Virus record (IMG/VR): IMGVR_UViG_3300032283_000137
Span: 1-63,486 of that record
Length of the DNA stretch: 63,486 nucleotides
Strand: one strand, 5' to 3'
From: a virus
Lineage: Duplodnaviria > Caudoviricetes
Shown here: piece after piece, positions 48,071-57,287 of the stretch
Position numbering within the stretch: the stretch's first letter is position 1
Layout of the letters: each line of letters starts with the position of its first letter
The notes under the pieces: model-generated
Databases searched by the model: none
Seen by the model: the letters and a program-made list of their open reading frames with translations, nothing else
Told to the model about the DNA's origin: nothing
Program-made: the position numbers and the translations under genes

Positions 48071-50590
48071 ATGATGGCTACTAATATGGACAGGGCGCTA
48101 TATGCTGCTCCTCAAGGACTTGACCAACTAGAGGGCATAGATGATCAAGAGCCTATAGAAATCACAATTACCGACCCAGAGGCGGTAGATATTGAGGGGC
48201 CCGGCTTCTCTATGCACATAGAGCCCGTTGACGAAGAAGATGACTTTGACGCCAACCTAGCAGAGAGCATGGACGAGGGCGAACTAGCCCAGTTGGCAGG
48301 TGACCTGATTGAAGACTACGACACCGACATTGCCAGTCGCAAAGACTGGGTGCAGACGTACGTGGACGGGCTGCAGTTGTTGGGCCTGAAGCTCGAAGAG
48401 CGGATGGAGCCGTGGCCCGGTGCTTGTGGTGTGTATCACCCGCTGTTGGCAGAGGCCGTGGTTAAGTTCCAAGCTGAGACCATGATGGAGACCTTCCCGG
48501 CATCAGGCCCGGTCAAGACCCAGATCATCGGCAAAGAGACTCCTGAGAAGAAGGCTGCGGCTGAGCGCGTTCAGAACGACATGAACTATCAGATGACTGA
48601 TGTGATGGTCGAGTACCGGCCTGAGCATGAGCGCATGTTGTGGGGCTTGGGCTTGGCGGGCAATGCGTTCAAGAAGGTGTACTTCGACCCGGCGTTGAAC
48701 CGTCAGGTGTCTATGTACGTGCCAGCAGAGGACGTGGTTGTGCCGTACGGTGCGTCTAGTCTGGAGTCTTCTGAGCGGGTTACGCACGTCATGCGTAAAA
48801 CAAAGAACGAACTACGCCGACTTCAGCATGACGGGTTCTACAGGGATATAGACCTTGGAGACCCTGTTAATGTCATGGATGACATTGAGAAGAAGATTGC
48901 TGAGAAGCTAGGCTTTCGTGCTACTCAAGACAACCGGTACAAGTTCTTGGAGATGCAGGTTGACCTCGACCTCAAGGGCTATGAGCACAAGGATGAAGAA
49001 GGTGAAGAGACGGGCATAGCGCTGCCGTACATCATCACTATTGAGAAGGGCACTGGCGAGATTCTCTCTATCCGCCGCAATTGGAGACCTGAGGATGACC
49101 AGCATCAGAAACGCGCTCACTTCGTGCATTACCCGTATATCCCTGGTTTTGGGTTTTATGCTTTCGGTCTTATCCACCTTATTGGTGCTTACTCTAAATC
49201 TAGTACTAGTATTCTGCGGCAGCTCGTTGATGCTGGTACTCTGTCTAATCTACCCGGTGGTTTCAAAACTAGGGGACTCCGTACCAAGGGTGATGACACG
49301 CCAATCTCACCGGGAGAGTTCCGAGACGTAGATGTACCGAGCGGTACTATCAAGGACAACTTGATGGCGCTTCCATACAAAGAGCCTAGCCAAGTGCTGA
49401 TGGTCTTGTTGCAGCAGATGATTCAAGAGGGCCGCAGCTTCGCTGGTTCCATGGAGTTGCAGGCGTCGGACATGTCCGCACAGGCTCCCGTGGGTACGAC
49501 GTTGGCGATTCTTGAGCGTAGCTTGAAGACGATGAGTGCGATTCAGGCACGCATCCACTACGCGATGAAGCAAGAGTTCAAGCTCCTGCGAAACATCATC
49601 CGCGACTACACCCCTGATGACTACAGCTACGAGCCCGAAGAAGGTGGGCGGCAGGCTAAGCAGTCTGACTATGACTTGGTGGATGTCATACCTGTTAGCG
49701 ACCCCAACGCTACTACCATGGCGCAGAAGGTTGTTCAGTATCAGGCGGCTCTACAGTTAGCAGGCACAGCACCACAGTTGTATGACCTACCTATCTTGCA
49801 TCGTCAGATGTTGGACGTGCTTGGCATCAAGAACTACCAGAAGCTTGTGCCGATCGAAGACGACATGAAACCGCGCGACCCCGTGACGGAGAACATGAAC
49901 ATCCTCAAGGGCAAGCCGGTCAAGGCGTTTTTGTACCAAGACCACAAGGCGCATATCACCGTGCATATGGCGGCGATAAAAGACCCGCACATCCAAGAGC
50001 TAGTTGGGCAAGACCCGGCGCTGCAGCAAAGAGTGATGGGGGCTATGTCGGCCCACATTGCAGACCACTTGGGTATGGAGTATCGCAAGCAGCTTGAGCA
50101 GACTATGGGTCAGACACTACCGGCCTACGAGGACGATCAAGATGAGGTGATGATGTCTCCAGAGATGGAGGTCAAGGTGTCTCAGATGGCAGCGCAGGCA
50201 GGCCAGATGTTGCTCCAGCAGCACCAGCAAGAAGCTCAGCAAGCCAAGAACGCACAAGCAGCGGCTGATCCGCTACTCCAGCTACAGCAGCAAGAACTGC
50301 AGATCAAGCAGGGCGAGTTGCAACGCAAGTCCCAGAAAGACATGCAGGATATGCAGGCCAAGATGGCCCAGATTGATGTTGAGCTCAAGCGCATTGAAGC
50401 CCAGCAGGAAACTGAAGGAGCCAAGCTTGCAGTACAGGCTCAGAACAACGAGAAGCAACGTGAGCACCAGCACACATCGGAGGGCTTTAAGGCCAAGGTA
50501 GATATGGTGAAACAAAACGCGCAGCTTGAGCATCAAGCAGCACAAGCTGCGCAAAACCAAGCGGCACAGTCCGCGAAGAAAGGTGAATAA
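48071..50590 (+). CDS. Portal protein
   Basis: Follows terL; PWPGACGVYHPLL, FKKVYFD, GFGFYAFGLIH, DAGTLSNLPGG; Gln-rich barrel tail as in P22-like portals. Confidence 0.88.
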   Translation: MMATNMDRALYAAPQGLDQLEGIDDQEPIEITITDPEAVDIEGPGFSMHIEPVDEEDDFDANLAESMDEGELAQLAGDLIEDYDTDIASRKDWVQTYVDGLQLLGLKLEERMEPWPGACGVYHPLLAEAVVKFQAETMMETFPASGPVKTQIIGKETPEKKAAAERVQNDMNYQMTDVMVEYRPEHERMLWGLGLAGNAFKKVYFDPALNRQVSMYVPAEDVVVPYGASSLESSERVTHVMRKTKNELRRLQHDGFYRDIDLGDPVNVMDDIEKKIAEKLGFRATQDNRYKFLEMQVDLDLKGYEHKDEEGEETGIALPYIITIEKGTGEILSIRRNWRPEDDQHQKRAHFVHYPYIPGFGFYAFGLIHLIGAYSKSSTSILRQLVDAGTLSNLPGGFKTRGLRTKGDDTPISPGEFRDVDVPSGTIKDNLMALPYKEPSQVLMVLLQQMIQEGRSFAGSMELQASDMSAQAPVGTTLAILERSLKTMSAIQARIHYAMKQEFKLLRNIIRDYTPDDYSYEPEEGGRQAKQSDYDLVDVIPVSDPNATTMAQKVVQYQAALQLAGTAPQLYDLPILHRQMLDVLGIKNYQKLVPIEDDMKPRDPVTENMNILKGKPVKAFLYQDHKAHITVHMAAIKDPHIQELVGQDPALQQRVMGAMSAHIADHLGMEYRKQLEQTMGQTLPAYEDDQDEVMMSPEMEVKVSQMAAQAGQMLLQQHQQEAQQAKNAQAAADPLLQLQQQELQIKQGELQRKSQKDMQDMQAKMAQIDVELKRIEAQQETEGAKLAVQAQNNEKQREHQHTSEGFKAKVDMVKQNAQLEHQAAQAAQNQAAQSAKKGE

Positions 50591-50793
50591 TGAACGACAG
50601 CCGCAAGCTAATTAACGTCATTAACCAACGAATTGACGAAGGCGTCAAACACATCGAAGAGGCTCTAGCAGCGAAGGCCGCGAAGAGCTTTGACGAGTAT
50701 TGCGAGATGTGTGGGGTTATCAAAGGTCTGCTCATCGCTCGCTCTTATCTAACAGACCTTACACACCAACTGGAGAAGTTTGACGATGAATGA
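50590..50793 (+). CDS. Small conserved head-module protein
   Basis: SFDEYCEMCGVIKGL; lies between portal and GroES. Confidence 0.65.
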   Translation: MNDSRKLINVINQRIDEGVKHIEEALAAKAAKSFDEYCEMCGVIKGLLIARSYLTDLTHQLEKFDDE

Positions 50794-51196
50794 AGCTTAT
50801 GACATCAGAGCAGTGGACCTGTCCGCTGTGATGAACACATCAGCAGAAGAGAAAGCAAAGCAGTTACCTATGCCTTCGGGCTACCGGATTCTGTGCGCTG
50901 TCCCTGAAGCTGAAAAAGAGATTGAAGGAACAAGCATTAGCCTTCTCAAGTCAGCAGAGATGATGCGCAATGAAGAGTTGCTCACCACGGTTCTGTTTGT
51001 CGTTGATTTAGGCCCCGACTGCTACAAAGACCCCACTCGGTTTCCAACCGGGCCGTGGTGCAAAAAGGGTGATTTTGTCTTGGTCCGGCCCCACGCTGGC
51101 ACTCGACTTCTCATCCACGACCGTGAATTCCGCATCATCAACGACGATTCTGTCGAAGGCGTTGTAGAAGACCCACGGGGAATCAAACGCAAATAG
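50786..51196 (+). CDS. groES: GroES-like co-chaperonin
   Basis: PSGYRIL...VVDLGPDCY...WCKKGDFV...FRIINDDSVEGVV. Confidence 0.8.
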   Translation: MNEAYDIRAVDLSAVMNTSAEEKAKQLPMPSGYRILCAVPEAEKEIEGTSISLLKSAEMMRNEELLTTVLFVVDLGPDCYKDPTRFPTGPWCKKGDFVLVRPHAGTRLLIHDREFRIINDDSVEGVVEDPRGIKRK

Positions 51197-51204
51197 GAGC
51201 GCAC

Positions 51205-52179
51205 ATGCCTAAATTTGAAGAAGAGTACAAGTTTCCTGATGAAGTTGACATCAAAACAAGTGACGACCAGAAGCTGGAAATCACTGTTGAAGGTGATGAT
51301 GACGTAGAAGTCAACATCGTTGATGACACTCCTAAAGAAGACCGGCACGTTGATCCGCTGCCGGAGTCAATCAAGGACGACCTTGAGAAGGCTGACGAGT
51401 CTGCTGAATATTCTAAGAATGTAAAACAGAAATTTACGCAATACAAAAAAGCTTGGCACGACGAACGTCGGGCTAAAGAGGCGGCTCTTCGAGAGCAGCA
51501 AGAGGCTTTGGCGGCTGCGCAACAGATTCTGGATGAGAATCGCCGACTGAGAAATATGGTGCAGAACGGTGAGAAAGAACTCATTTCCACCTACCAAAGC
51601 TCGGCTGAAATGGAGCTCGAAACGGCTTCACGAAACTATCGAGAGGCGTATGACTCGGGTGATTCCGAGAAATTGCTGGCTGCGCAGCGGGAGTTGACTC
51701 GGGCAGAGATGAAGCTGGATAAGACCAAAAATTATCGCCCTACTGTACAACCACAGGAAAATAGTGTACAAACTACCCTGCAACCGCAGGCGGCACCTCA
51801 GATGGACCCCAAGGTCGCAAACTGGGTGTCCAAAAACCCTTGGTTTGTGTCCCGTGACAAACTGGCAATGCGCAAGTATGCTGAGGGGGTTCACGAAGAG
51901 CTAGAAGTGCGGTATGGTAGAGCATTCGTAGGTACTGATGAATATTTCAGCAGTATTGACAAAGAGGTTCAACGCAGGTTCCCAGAAGAATTTGCAGCTT
52001 CTAAAAACGATGGCGGTGATAAGCCCCAGCGTACAAGGCCAAGCACGGTGGTAGCACCAGCTAAACGCAGTACTGCGCCGAAGCAAATCCAACTGACTAA
52101 AACTCAGGCAGGGTTGGCTAAAAAACTTGGTATAACTCTTGAGCAATATGCTCGGGAAATTAGTAAATTGGAGGCCTAA
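51205..52179 (+). CDS. Capsid scaffolding protein
   Basis: Acidic N-terminus, coiled coil, WVSKNPWF, C-terminal AKKLGITLEQYA. Confidence 0.7.
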   Translation: MPKFEEEYKFPDEVDIKTSDDQKLEITVEGDDDVEVNIVDDTPKEDRHVDPLPESIKDDLEKADESAEYSKNVKQKFTQYKKAWHDERRAKEAALREQQEALAAAQQILDENRRLRNMVQNGEKELISTYQSSAEMELETASRNYREAYDSGDSEKLLAAQRELTRAEMKLDKTKNYRPTVQPQENSVQTTLQPQAAPQMDPKVANWVSKNPWFVSRDKLAMRKYAEGVHEELEVRYGRAFVGTDEYFSSIDKEVQRRFPEEFAASKNDGGDKPQRTRPSTVVAPAKRSTAPKQIQLTKTQAGLAKKLGITLEQYAREISKLEA

Positions 52180-52181
52180 AA

Positions 52182-52631
52182 ATGGCTGAGAACAGACTGC
52201 AACGCGAGATGACTGCACGGGAAATGGGCGAACGCCCTAAGAAGTGGATGCCAGCAGAGATGCTGCCTGAACCTGACAAACAACCGGGCTATGCGTACAG
52301 ATGGATTCGGGTTTCTACTTTGAACGACCCCGACCCCCGTAATGTCTCGGGCAAACTCCGAGAAGGCTGGGAACCGGTTGGCGTTGAAGAGCAGCCTAAG
52401 TTTCGATTGATGACCGATCCAACTAGTCGATTTAAAGACAACATTGAGATTGGTGGGCTATTGCTCTGCAAGACGCCACACGAGTTTGTCGAGCAACGGG
52501 ACGCGCATTTCGCAGACCAAGCACGAGCTCAAGTGGAGGCTGTGGACAATACTATGATGCGCCAGAGCGACCCGAGGATGCCGATGTTTAAAGAACGCCG
52601 GTCCACGACGAGCTTTGGAAAAGGTATTTAA
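52182..52631 (+). CDS. Conserved head-module protein
   Basis: YRWIR...LREGWEPV...IGGLLLCKTP. Confidence 0.7.
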   Translation: MAENRLQREMTAREMGERPKKWMPAEMLPEPDKQPGYAYRWIRVSTLNDPDPRNVSGKLREGWEPVGVEEQPKFRLMTDPTSRFKDNIEIGGLLLCKTPHEFVEQRDAHFADQARAQVEAVDNTMMRQSDPRMPMFKERRSTTSFGKGI

Positions 52632-52647
52632 TTTTTAGGAGTCCTTT

Positions 52648-53472
52648 ATGGCTTATCCGGTTATTGACGCCCCTTACGGGCTAAAGCCGATCAACCTGAT
52701 CGGCGGTCAGGTATATGCGGGTTCTACTCGTGAATACCCGATCACTAACGGTTACAGCACAAACATTTTCTACGGTGATTACGTAGGCTTGTCTCGTGGT
52801 GAAATCGTGCGCTTGTCTGTGTCTACTGGCACGGCAGGTAATCAAACTGGTATCTTCTTGGGATGCTCGTTTACCAACCCCGTCACAAAACAAAAGCAAT
52901 TTCAGCAATACTGGCCCGCATCAACTGCGGCTGGTGATGCAGTGGCTATTGTTGCTGACGACCCTGACCAAGTGTTCAAGGGTGTTGTTTGCTCTGCTAC
53001 TACCGCTGTTGCTTCTGGCGCTCGCGCCATGATTGGTCAAAATCTGGCCATGATTAACAATACAGGTAGCACCGCAACCGGCAACTCCAAGAACGCTATC
53101 TTGGCTCCAAGTGACACTCCTGCTACCACTTCGTCTTTGCCCGTTCGCGTGCTTGGCTTGGTGCCTGACACGGCTGTTTCTCTGGGGACTGCAACCTACA
53201 CCAGCATTTCTACTGCTACTGTGACTTGTTCGGCTCTGCCGTTCGCGTTGCCAGTTGGCACTGATGTTGGCTCGTTGGACTCAAACGGAAACTACGTTTC
53301 TGCGGGTTCTTTCGTTGACACCGCTGCTTCTGCCGGTGCTACCTCGTTTATTTTGAACCAAGCCCCTGTTGCTACTCTGAACTCAACCATTGTGTTCATG
53401 CAGTACCCAGAGATTTTGGTCAAGATTAACTTTGGTCAGCATCAGTATTACGCTGGCACCAGCATTGCTTAA
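52648..53472 (+). CDS. Capsid decoration/cement protein
   Basis: DAPYGLKPI, IFYGD, GIFLGC, VADDPD; directly upstream of the capsid gene. Confidence 0.6.
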   Translation: MAYPVIDAPYGLKPINLIGGQVYAGSTREYPITNGYSTNIFYGDYVGLSRGEIVRLSVSTGTAGNQTGIFLGCSFTNPVTKQKQFQQYWPASTAAGDAVAIVADDPDQVFKGVVCSATTAVASGARAMIGQNLAMINNTGSTATGNSKNAILAPSDTPATTSSLPVRVLGLVPDTAVSLGTATYTSISTATVTCSALPFALPVGTDVGSLDSNGNYVSAGSFVDTAASAGATSFILNQAPVATLNSTIVFMQYPEILVKINFGQHQYYAGTSIA

Positions 53473-53485
53473 GGAGTAACTTAAA

Positions 53486-54394
53486 ATGGCTATTTCACGC
53501 GCACAGCTACTTAAAGAGTTGCTCCCCGGATTGAACGCTTTGTTTGGTCTGGAGTACGCTACCTATCAGGAAGAGCACAAGGAACTCTACGAAACTGAGA
53601 CCTCCGAGCGTTCTTTTGAAGAGGAAACCAAACTGTCTGGCTTCTCCGCTGCACCAGTCAAAAACGAGGGTTCTGCCATCGCTTATGACAATGCACAAGA
53701 GGCATGGACTGCTCGCTACAACCACGAAACCATCGCTTTGGGCTTCTCCCTGACGGAAGAGGCAATCGAAGACAATCTGTATGACAGCTTGTCCGCTCGT
53801 TACACCAAGGCTCTGGCTCGCGGTATGGCGTACACCAAGCAAGTCAAAGCTGCTTCGGTATTGAACAACGGCTTCTCCTCGGCTTACACCGGCGGTGATG
53901 GCGTTTCGTTGTTCAGCACTGCTCACCCGCTGATTAGCGGCGGCACTAACAGCAATCGTCCTGCCACTGGCGCTGACCTGAACGAGACTTCTTTGGAAGC
54001 CGCCGTTATCCAGATCGCCGCTTGGACTGACGAGCGCGGTTTGCTGATTGCAGCTAAGCCCAAGAAGCTGATCGTTCCCCCTGCTCTGATGTTCGTTGCT
54101 ACTCGTCTGTTGGAAACCAGCCTCCGTGTTGGCACTACCGACAACGACATCAACGCGTTGAAGAACAACGGTTCGATCCCTGAAGGCTACACCGTCAACC
54201 ACTACCTGACCGATAGCAATGGCTGGTACTTGACGACTGACGTTCCTAACGGCATGAAGCACTTCGTTCGTACTCCGCTGGCTAACAGCATGGACGGCGA
54301 CTTCGACACCGGTAACGTCCGTTACAAGTCCCGCGAGCGTTATTCGTTCGGCTGGTCTGACCCTCTGGGTATGTTCGGTTCACCCGGCGCTTAA
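53486..54394 (+). CDS. Major capsid protein (Mu gpT-like)
   Basis: MAISRAQLLKELLPGLNALFG, GDGVSLFSTAHP, LIVPPAL, RERYSFGWSDP; strongly biased codons; aaggag RBS. Confidence 0.9.
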   Translation: MAISRAQLLKELLPGLNALFGLEYATYQEEHKELYETETSERSFEEETKLSGFSAAPVKNEGSAIAYDNAQEAWTARYNHETIALGFSLTEEAIEDNLYDSLSARYTKALARGMAYTKQVKAASVLNNGFSSAYTGGDGVSLFSTAHPLISGGTNSNRPATGADLNETSLEAAVIQIAAWTDERGLLIAAKPKKLIVPPALMFVATRLLETSLRVGTTDNDINALKNNGSIPEGYTVNHYLTDSNGWYLTTDVPNGMKHFVRTPLANSMDGDFDTGNVRYKSRERYSFGWSDPLGMFGSPGA

Positions 54395-54419
54395 AGTAAG
54401 GGTTTAACCCCTTATTTGG

Positions 54420-54443
54420 AGCCCCCCACGAGGGGGCTTTTTT
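54420..54443 (+). terminator. Terminator after the capsid gene
   Basis: agccccc-cacga-gggggct followed by a T run. Confidence 0.8.
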
Positions 54444-54520
54444 ACGTCTAAAAACTGTCACAGACGGCGTGGTAGGATGACTTGCAGCGCGGTGCTGCAA
54501 CTATTTTTTGGAGTATAAAC

Positions 54521-54856
54521 ATGCTGTTTACTGTATCTGTTGACCTCGCCGATGGCGGCTTTTTTGAGTTCTCTACTGAGTCCATTCTGAAGTTTTTGCA
54601 GGCTGCTCAAGCGTTGGGTAACACCGACATTGAAGAAGTGGACGACGAAGACGAAGAGTTTGAAGCGTTTGCTGACTGCTTTGCCGAAGACGAAGAATAC
54701 TTCTACGACGAAGACGCTGAGTGCTATTGCTGGTACGACGAAGAGTACGATGCTTGGTACTGGTTGGACGAAGAGGCCGGTGAGTGGCTCTTGGTTGAAG
54801 ACGAAGCTGAAGACGAAGCTGAAGACGAAGCTGAAGACGAAGCTGAAGAGGCTTAA
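54521..54856 (+). CDS. Extremely acidic, aromatic-rich small protein (possible DNA mimic)
   Basis: ggag RBS; YFYDEDAECYCWYDEEYDAWYWLDEE; (EDEA)4 tail; only one basic residue. Confidence 0.7.
   Translation: MLFTVSVDLADGGFFEFSTESILKFLQAAQALGNTDIEEVDDEDEEFEAFADCFAEDEEYFYDEDAECYCWYDEEYDAWYWLDEEAGEWLLVEDEAEDEAEDEAEDEAEEA
54797..54844 (+). repeat. Tandem repeat (GAAGACGAAGCT)x4
   Basis: Four perfect 12-bp units encoding EDEA. Confidence 0.95.
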
Positions 54857-55230
54857 TTTGTGTTGGGTTCTAAAGGGGGCTTCGGCCCCCTTTTTCGTTC
54901 GTGTTCATCGTGGTGGTGTATGCGGTGGCAGTTGGCGCATAGTGCTACGCACTGCTTTATTTCTTCGTAGGCCGTCTTAAATCTGCCGTTGCCTATAAGT
55001 TCGTTGACGCTGTATTTTTTAGGCCCGACGTGATGGAAGTCAATCACCGCAGGGTGGGAGAATCCACATTTGGTACAGGACAACCCCCGTTTAAACTCTA
55101 ACCATTCTTGCTTTTTTTGCTTTCGGGTTTTTCTTGACCTGACCTTTACCTCGTCTTTGTTTTTTTGGTAATGGTTAGCCGACCACTCCTTATGCTTGGC
55201 TTTACTGACTTTCGGGTCTTTGTAAGGCAT
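54853..55230 (-). CDS. HNH endonuclease (free-standing, antisense to the late operon)
   Basis: CTKCG...IDFHHV...EIKQCVALCANCHRIHH. Confidence 0.85.
   Translation of the reverse strand: MPYKDPKVSKAKHKEWSANHYQKNKDEVKVRSRKTRKQKKQEWLEFKRGLSCTKCGFSHPAVIDFHHVGPKKYSVNELIGNGRFKTAYEEIKQCVALCANCHRIHHHDEHERKRGPKPPLEPNTN
54872..54895. terminator. cUUCGg terminator, possibly bidirectional
   Basis: aaagggggc-ttcg-gccccctttttc between convergent genes. Confidence 0.75.
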
Positions 55231-55234
55231 GGTC

Positions 55235-55262
55235 TTGACGCATCACAAAAATGGTGTATATT
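55235..55262 (+). promoter_or_regulatory. Sigma70 promoter
   Basis: TTGACG-N16-TATATT. Confidence 0.6.
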
Positions 55263-55269
55263 GCAGTTA

Positions 55270-55345
55270 TCCGGGCTTTCCGGTGCGCTGAACTGTCCCG
55301 GCAGACGACATACCGATCAGTGTACCTAACTTGTATGTAAGGACT
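55270..55345 (+). ncRNA. Pseudoknotted structured RNA downstream of the gpT-like capsid gene (candidate Mu-gpT-DE motif)
   Basis: Interleaved helices 55271-75/55297-301, 55282-91/55317-26 (two G-U pairs) and 55308-13/55333-38; family assignment rests on context and recall only. Confidence 0.55.
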
Positions 55346-55349
55346 CATC

Positions 55350-55814
55350 ATGGGATTCGCTACTCACCTCGGCCCTTGGCTGCTTGGCACTGTCAAAAAC
55401 ACCACCGGCACTACCGCTGCCACCACCCGTAATACTGGCTGCACCGTCGTTTCGCAAAGCGCGGACGTAGTCTATGGAACCCTGACTGGCAACGCCATTG
55501 CGGTTCCTGCTGGCGCTCAAATTGTCGATGTTAAGGTCGTCACTACTACAGTGTTTAGTGCGGCAACCACTTGTAAACTGAGCATTGGCGGCACAGATTT
55601 CACTACCACTGGCACGATTACCAGCGTTGGCAGCGTGGCTCTTGGTGCGAATGCAACTACCCCCGGCGGTTGGCTGAATGTGGGCTCTACTGATACCTTC
55701 ATTACTTATACTTTGGCAGGCACGTCTTTGTCTACTGGCGCAGCTACGATTGTTATCACTTACGCAGTGCGTGACTCTAGCGGCAACCAAGCCCAGCCTG
55801 CTAGCCAGCAGTAA
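55350..55814 (+). CDS. Virion structural (decoration-like) protein
   Basis: Thr-rich beta protein; VPAGAQIVDV...GAATIVITY. Confidence 0.7.
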   Translation: MGFATHLGPWLLGTVKNTTGTTAATTRNTGCTVVSQSADVVYGTLTGNAIAVPAGAQIVDVKVVTTTVFSAATTCKLSIGGTDFTTTGTITSVGSVALGANATTPGGWLNVGSTDTFITYTLAGTSLSTGAATIVITYAVRDSSGNQAQPASQQ

Positions 55815-55822
55815 TTAGTCTT

Positions 55823-55843
55823 GGGGGCTTCGGCCCCCGTTTT
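55823..55843 (+). terminator. cUUCGg hairpin / weak terminator
   Basis: gggggc-ttcg-gccccc-gtttt. Confidence 0.65.
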
Positions 55844-55857
55844 ACAGGAGATTGATT

Positions 55858-56154
55858 ATGGCAATGCAGACAGACGTAAAAAGTGCGCACCTTAGCGCGG
55901 CTGGCTCTTACTATGTAGGTCGAACACGACTAAAGGGTATTGTTGTATCCCCAAAAATAAGCACGGCGGTAACATTTGAAATCCGAGACGGTAGCGCCAC
56001 AGCCGCCGTTCTCTACACAATGGACTTAGCTGGCAACAGTAATCCAAATACTTTTTACGTTCAAGTTCCCGGCGAAGGTATTTTGGCCTCTACAGGTTTA
56101 TATCTAACGACAAGTGCGGGCACAGTAACTGGAATCACGGTGTTCTATGGCTAA
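55858..56154 (+). CDS. Small virion structural protein
   Basis: MQTDVKS...RTRLKG...VPGEGIL...TVFYG; aggag RBS. Confidence 0.7.
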   Translation: MAMQTDVKSAHLSAAGSYYVGRTRLKGIVVSPKISTAVTFEIRDGSATAAVLYTMDLAGNSNPNTFYVQVPGEGILASTGLYLTTSAGTVTGITVFYG

Positions 56155-56404
56155 GAAGAAAGGCCCGGTTCTCTCGGTCGGTCGTGGCGAGAAGCTGCCT
56201 GTATCCAAGGGAGCGGGCTTGACCGCCAAAGGCCGTGCCAAGTACAACGCTGCCACCGGCAGCAACCTGAAGGCCCCACAGCCCCAAGGTGGCCCGCGCA
56301 AGGACTCGTTCTGCGCTCGTATGAGTGGTATGCCGGGGCCAATGAAAGACGAAAAAGGCAAGCCTACCCGCAAGGCGGCTGCTTTGGCAAGATGGAAGTG
56401 CTGA
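56147..56404 (+). CDS. Small basic protein
   Basis: GAGLTAKGRAKYN...RKDSFCARMSG...ALARWKC motif widespread in aquatic phages. Confidence 0.7.
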   Translation: MAKKKGPVLSVGRGEKLPVSKGAGLTAKGRAKYNAATGSNLKAPQPQGGPRKDSFCARMSGMPGPMKDEKGKPTRKAAALARWKC

Positions 56405-56411
56405 GGTAACT

Positions 56412-57044
56412 ATGGCTAAAAAACTATCTCCCTTTGAAGAAGCATTTAAAGAAGCTCGTGCTGAGGGCAAAAAGACGTTTACGTTCAATGGTAAGTCTTA
56501 TGGCACGGCTACTGCGGATGATGAGCAGAAACGCATTGACAAAATGCCCGCTCGTGTCCCAGACGCGCCAACTGGAATACAAGCAGGCACTAGGTACGTC
56601 AATTTCCCACATACCCCTACCCCATCGAATGCCAAAGCCCGATCCCTTATGGACCAAGGGCGCGGTGTGCAGCTTTATAAAGACGTAGACAAGGAAGCTG
56701 TTCTTGAGGCTGGATTGGGGTTGGCGTCTATGTACCCAGTCGTTCGTGGGGCAAATATGGCGTATACGGCGGCACGCCCCGCAATCGGTGCAGCAATCAA
56801 ACGCTTAGAAGACCGTCCTTCGCCTAGTTTTCTCGAAAAAGAACAACCATTCAGCAGGTTTGACACCCTTACCCCGGAGAACCAAGCGGCGTCTCAGGCT
56901 TACCGCAATGCTTATGACGACAGGCCGGGGCCAATGAAAAAAGGCGGTGTTGTTAAGAAGATGGCATCTGGTGGCAAAGTCTCTGCCTCTAGCCGTGGTG
57001 ATGGCATAGCCCAGCGCGGTAAGACTAAAGGACGGATGCGCTAA
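56412..57044 (+). CDS. GG-tag protein 1
   Basis: N-terminal FEEAFKEARAEGKKTFTFNGKSY; C-terminal MKKGGVVKKMASGGKVSASSRGDGIAQRGKTKGRMR. Confidence 0.75.
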   Translation: MAKKLSPFEEAFKEARAEGKKTFTFNGKSYGTATADDEQKRIDKMPARVPDAPTGIQAGTRYVNFPHTPTPSNAKARSLMDQGRGVQLYKDVDKEAVLEAGLGLASMYPVVRGANMAYTAARPAIGAAIKRLEDRPSPSFLEKEQPFSRFDTLTPENQAASQAYRNAYDDRPGPMKKGGVVKKMASGGKVSASSRGDGIAQRGKTKGRMR

Positions 57045-57287
57045 ATGGACAACCTAAACACAATTTGGTCTTTGGGTCTTACAATGGCTTTGACAGTCGT
57101 CGGCTTCTTGCTCAAAGAGAAGTTTGCTGAACTGACCCGGCTTAACCTATTACTCAACAAAACCCGCGAGGAAATTGCCCGTGATTACGTTACTCAATCA
57201 GAAATTCAGCGCATTACTGACCACATTGACCAACGCTTTAACAAGCTTGAAGCAAAAATTGACCAGCTTATTCAAGCGGGAAAATGA
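57045..57287 (+). CDS. Single-TM coiled-coil protein
   Basis: N-terminal TM then TREEIARDYVT...RFNKLEAKID. Confidence 0.7.
   Translation: MDNLNTIWSLGLTMALTVVGFLLKEKFAELTRLNLLLNKTREEIARDYVTQSEIQRITDHIDQRFNKLEAKIDQLIQAGK

Noticed and set aside
53507-54262. Long antisense ORFs (also 870-1562, 14202-14768, 62575-63375)
   Set aside because: They shadow codon-biased or repetitive sense genes and have no RBS or recognisable motifs.
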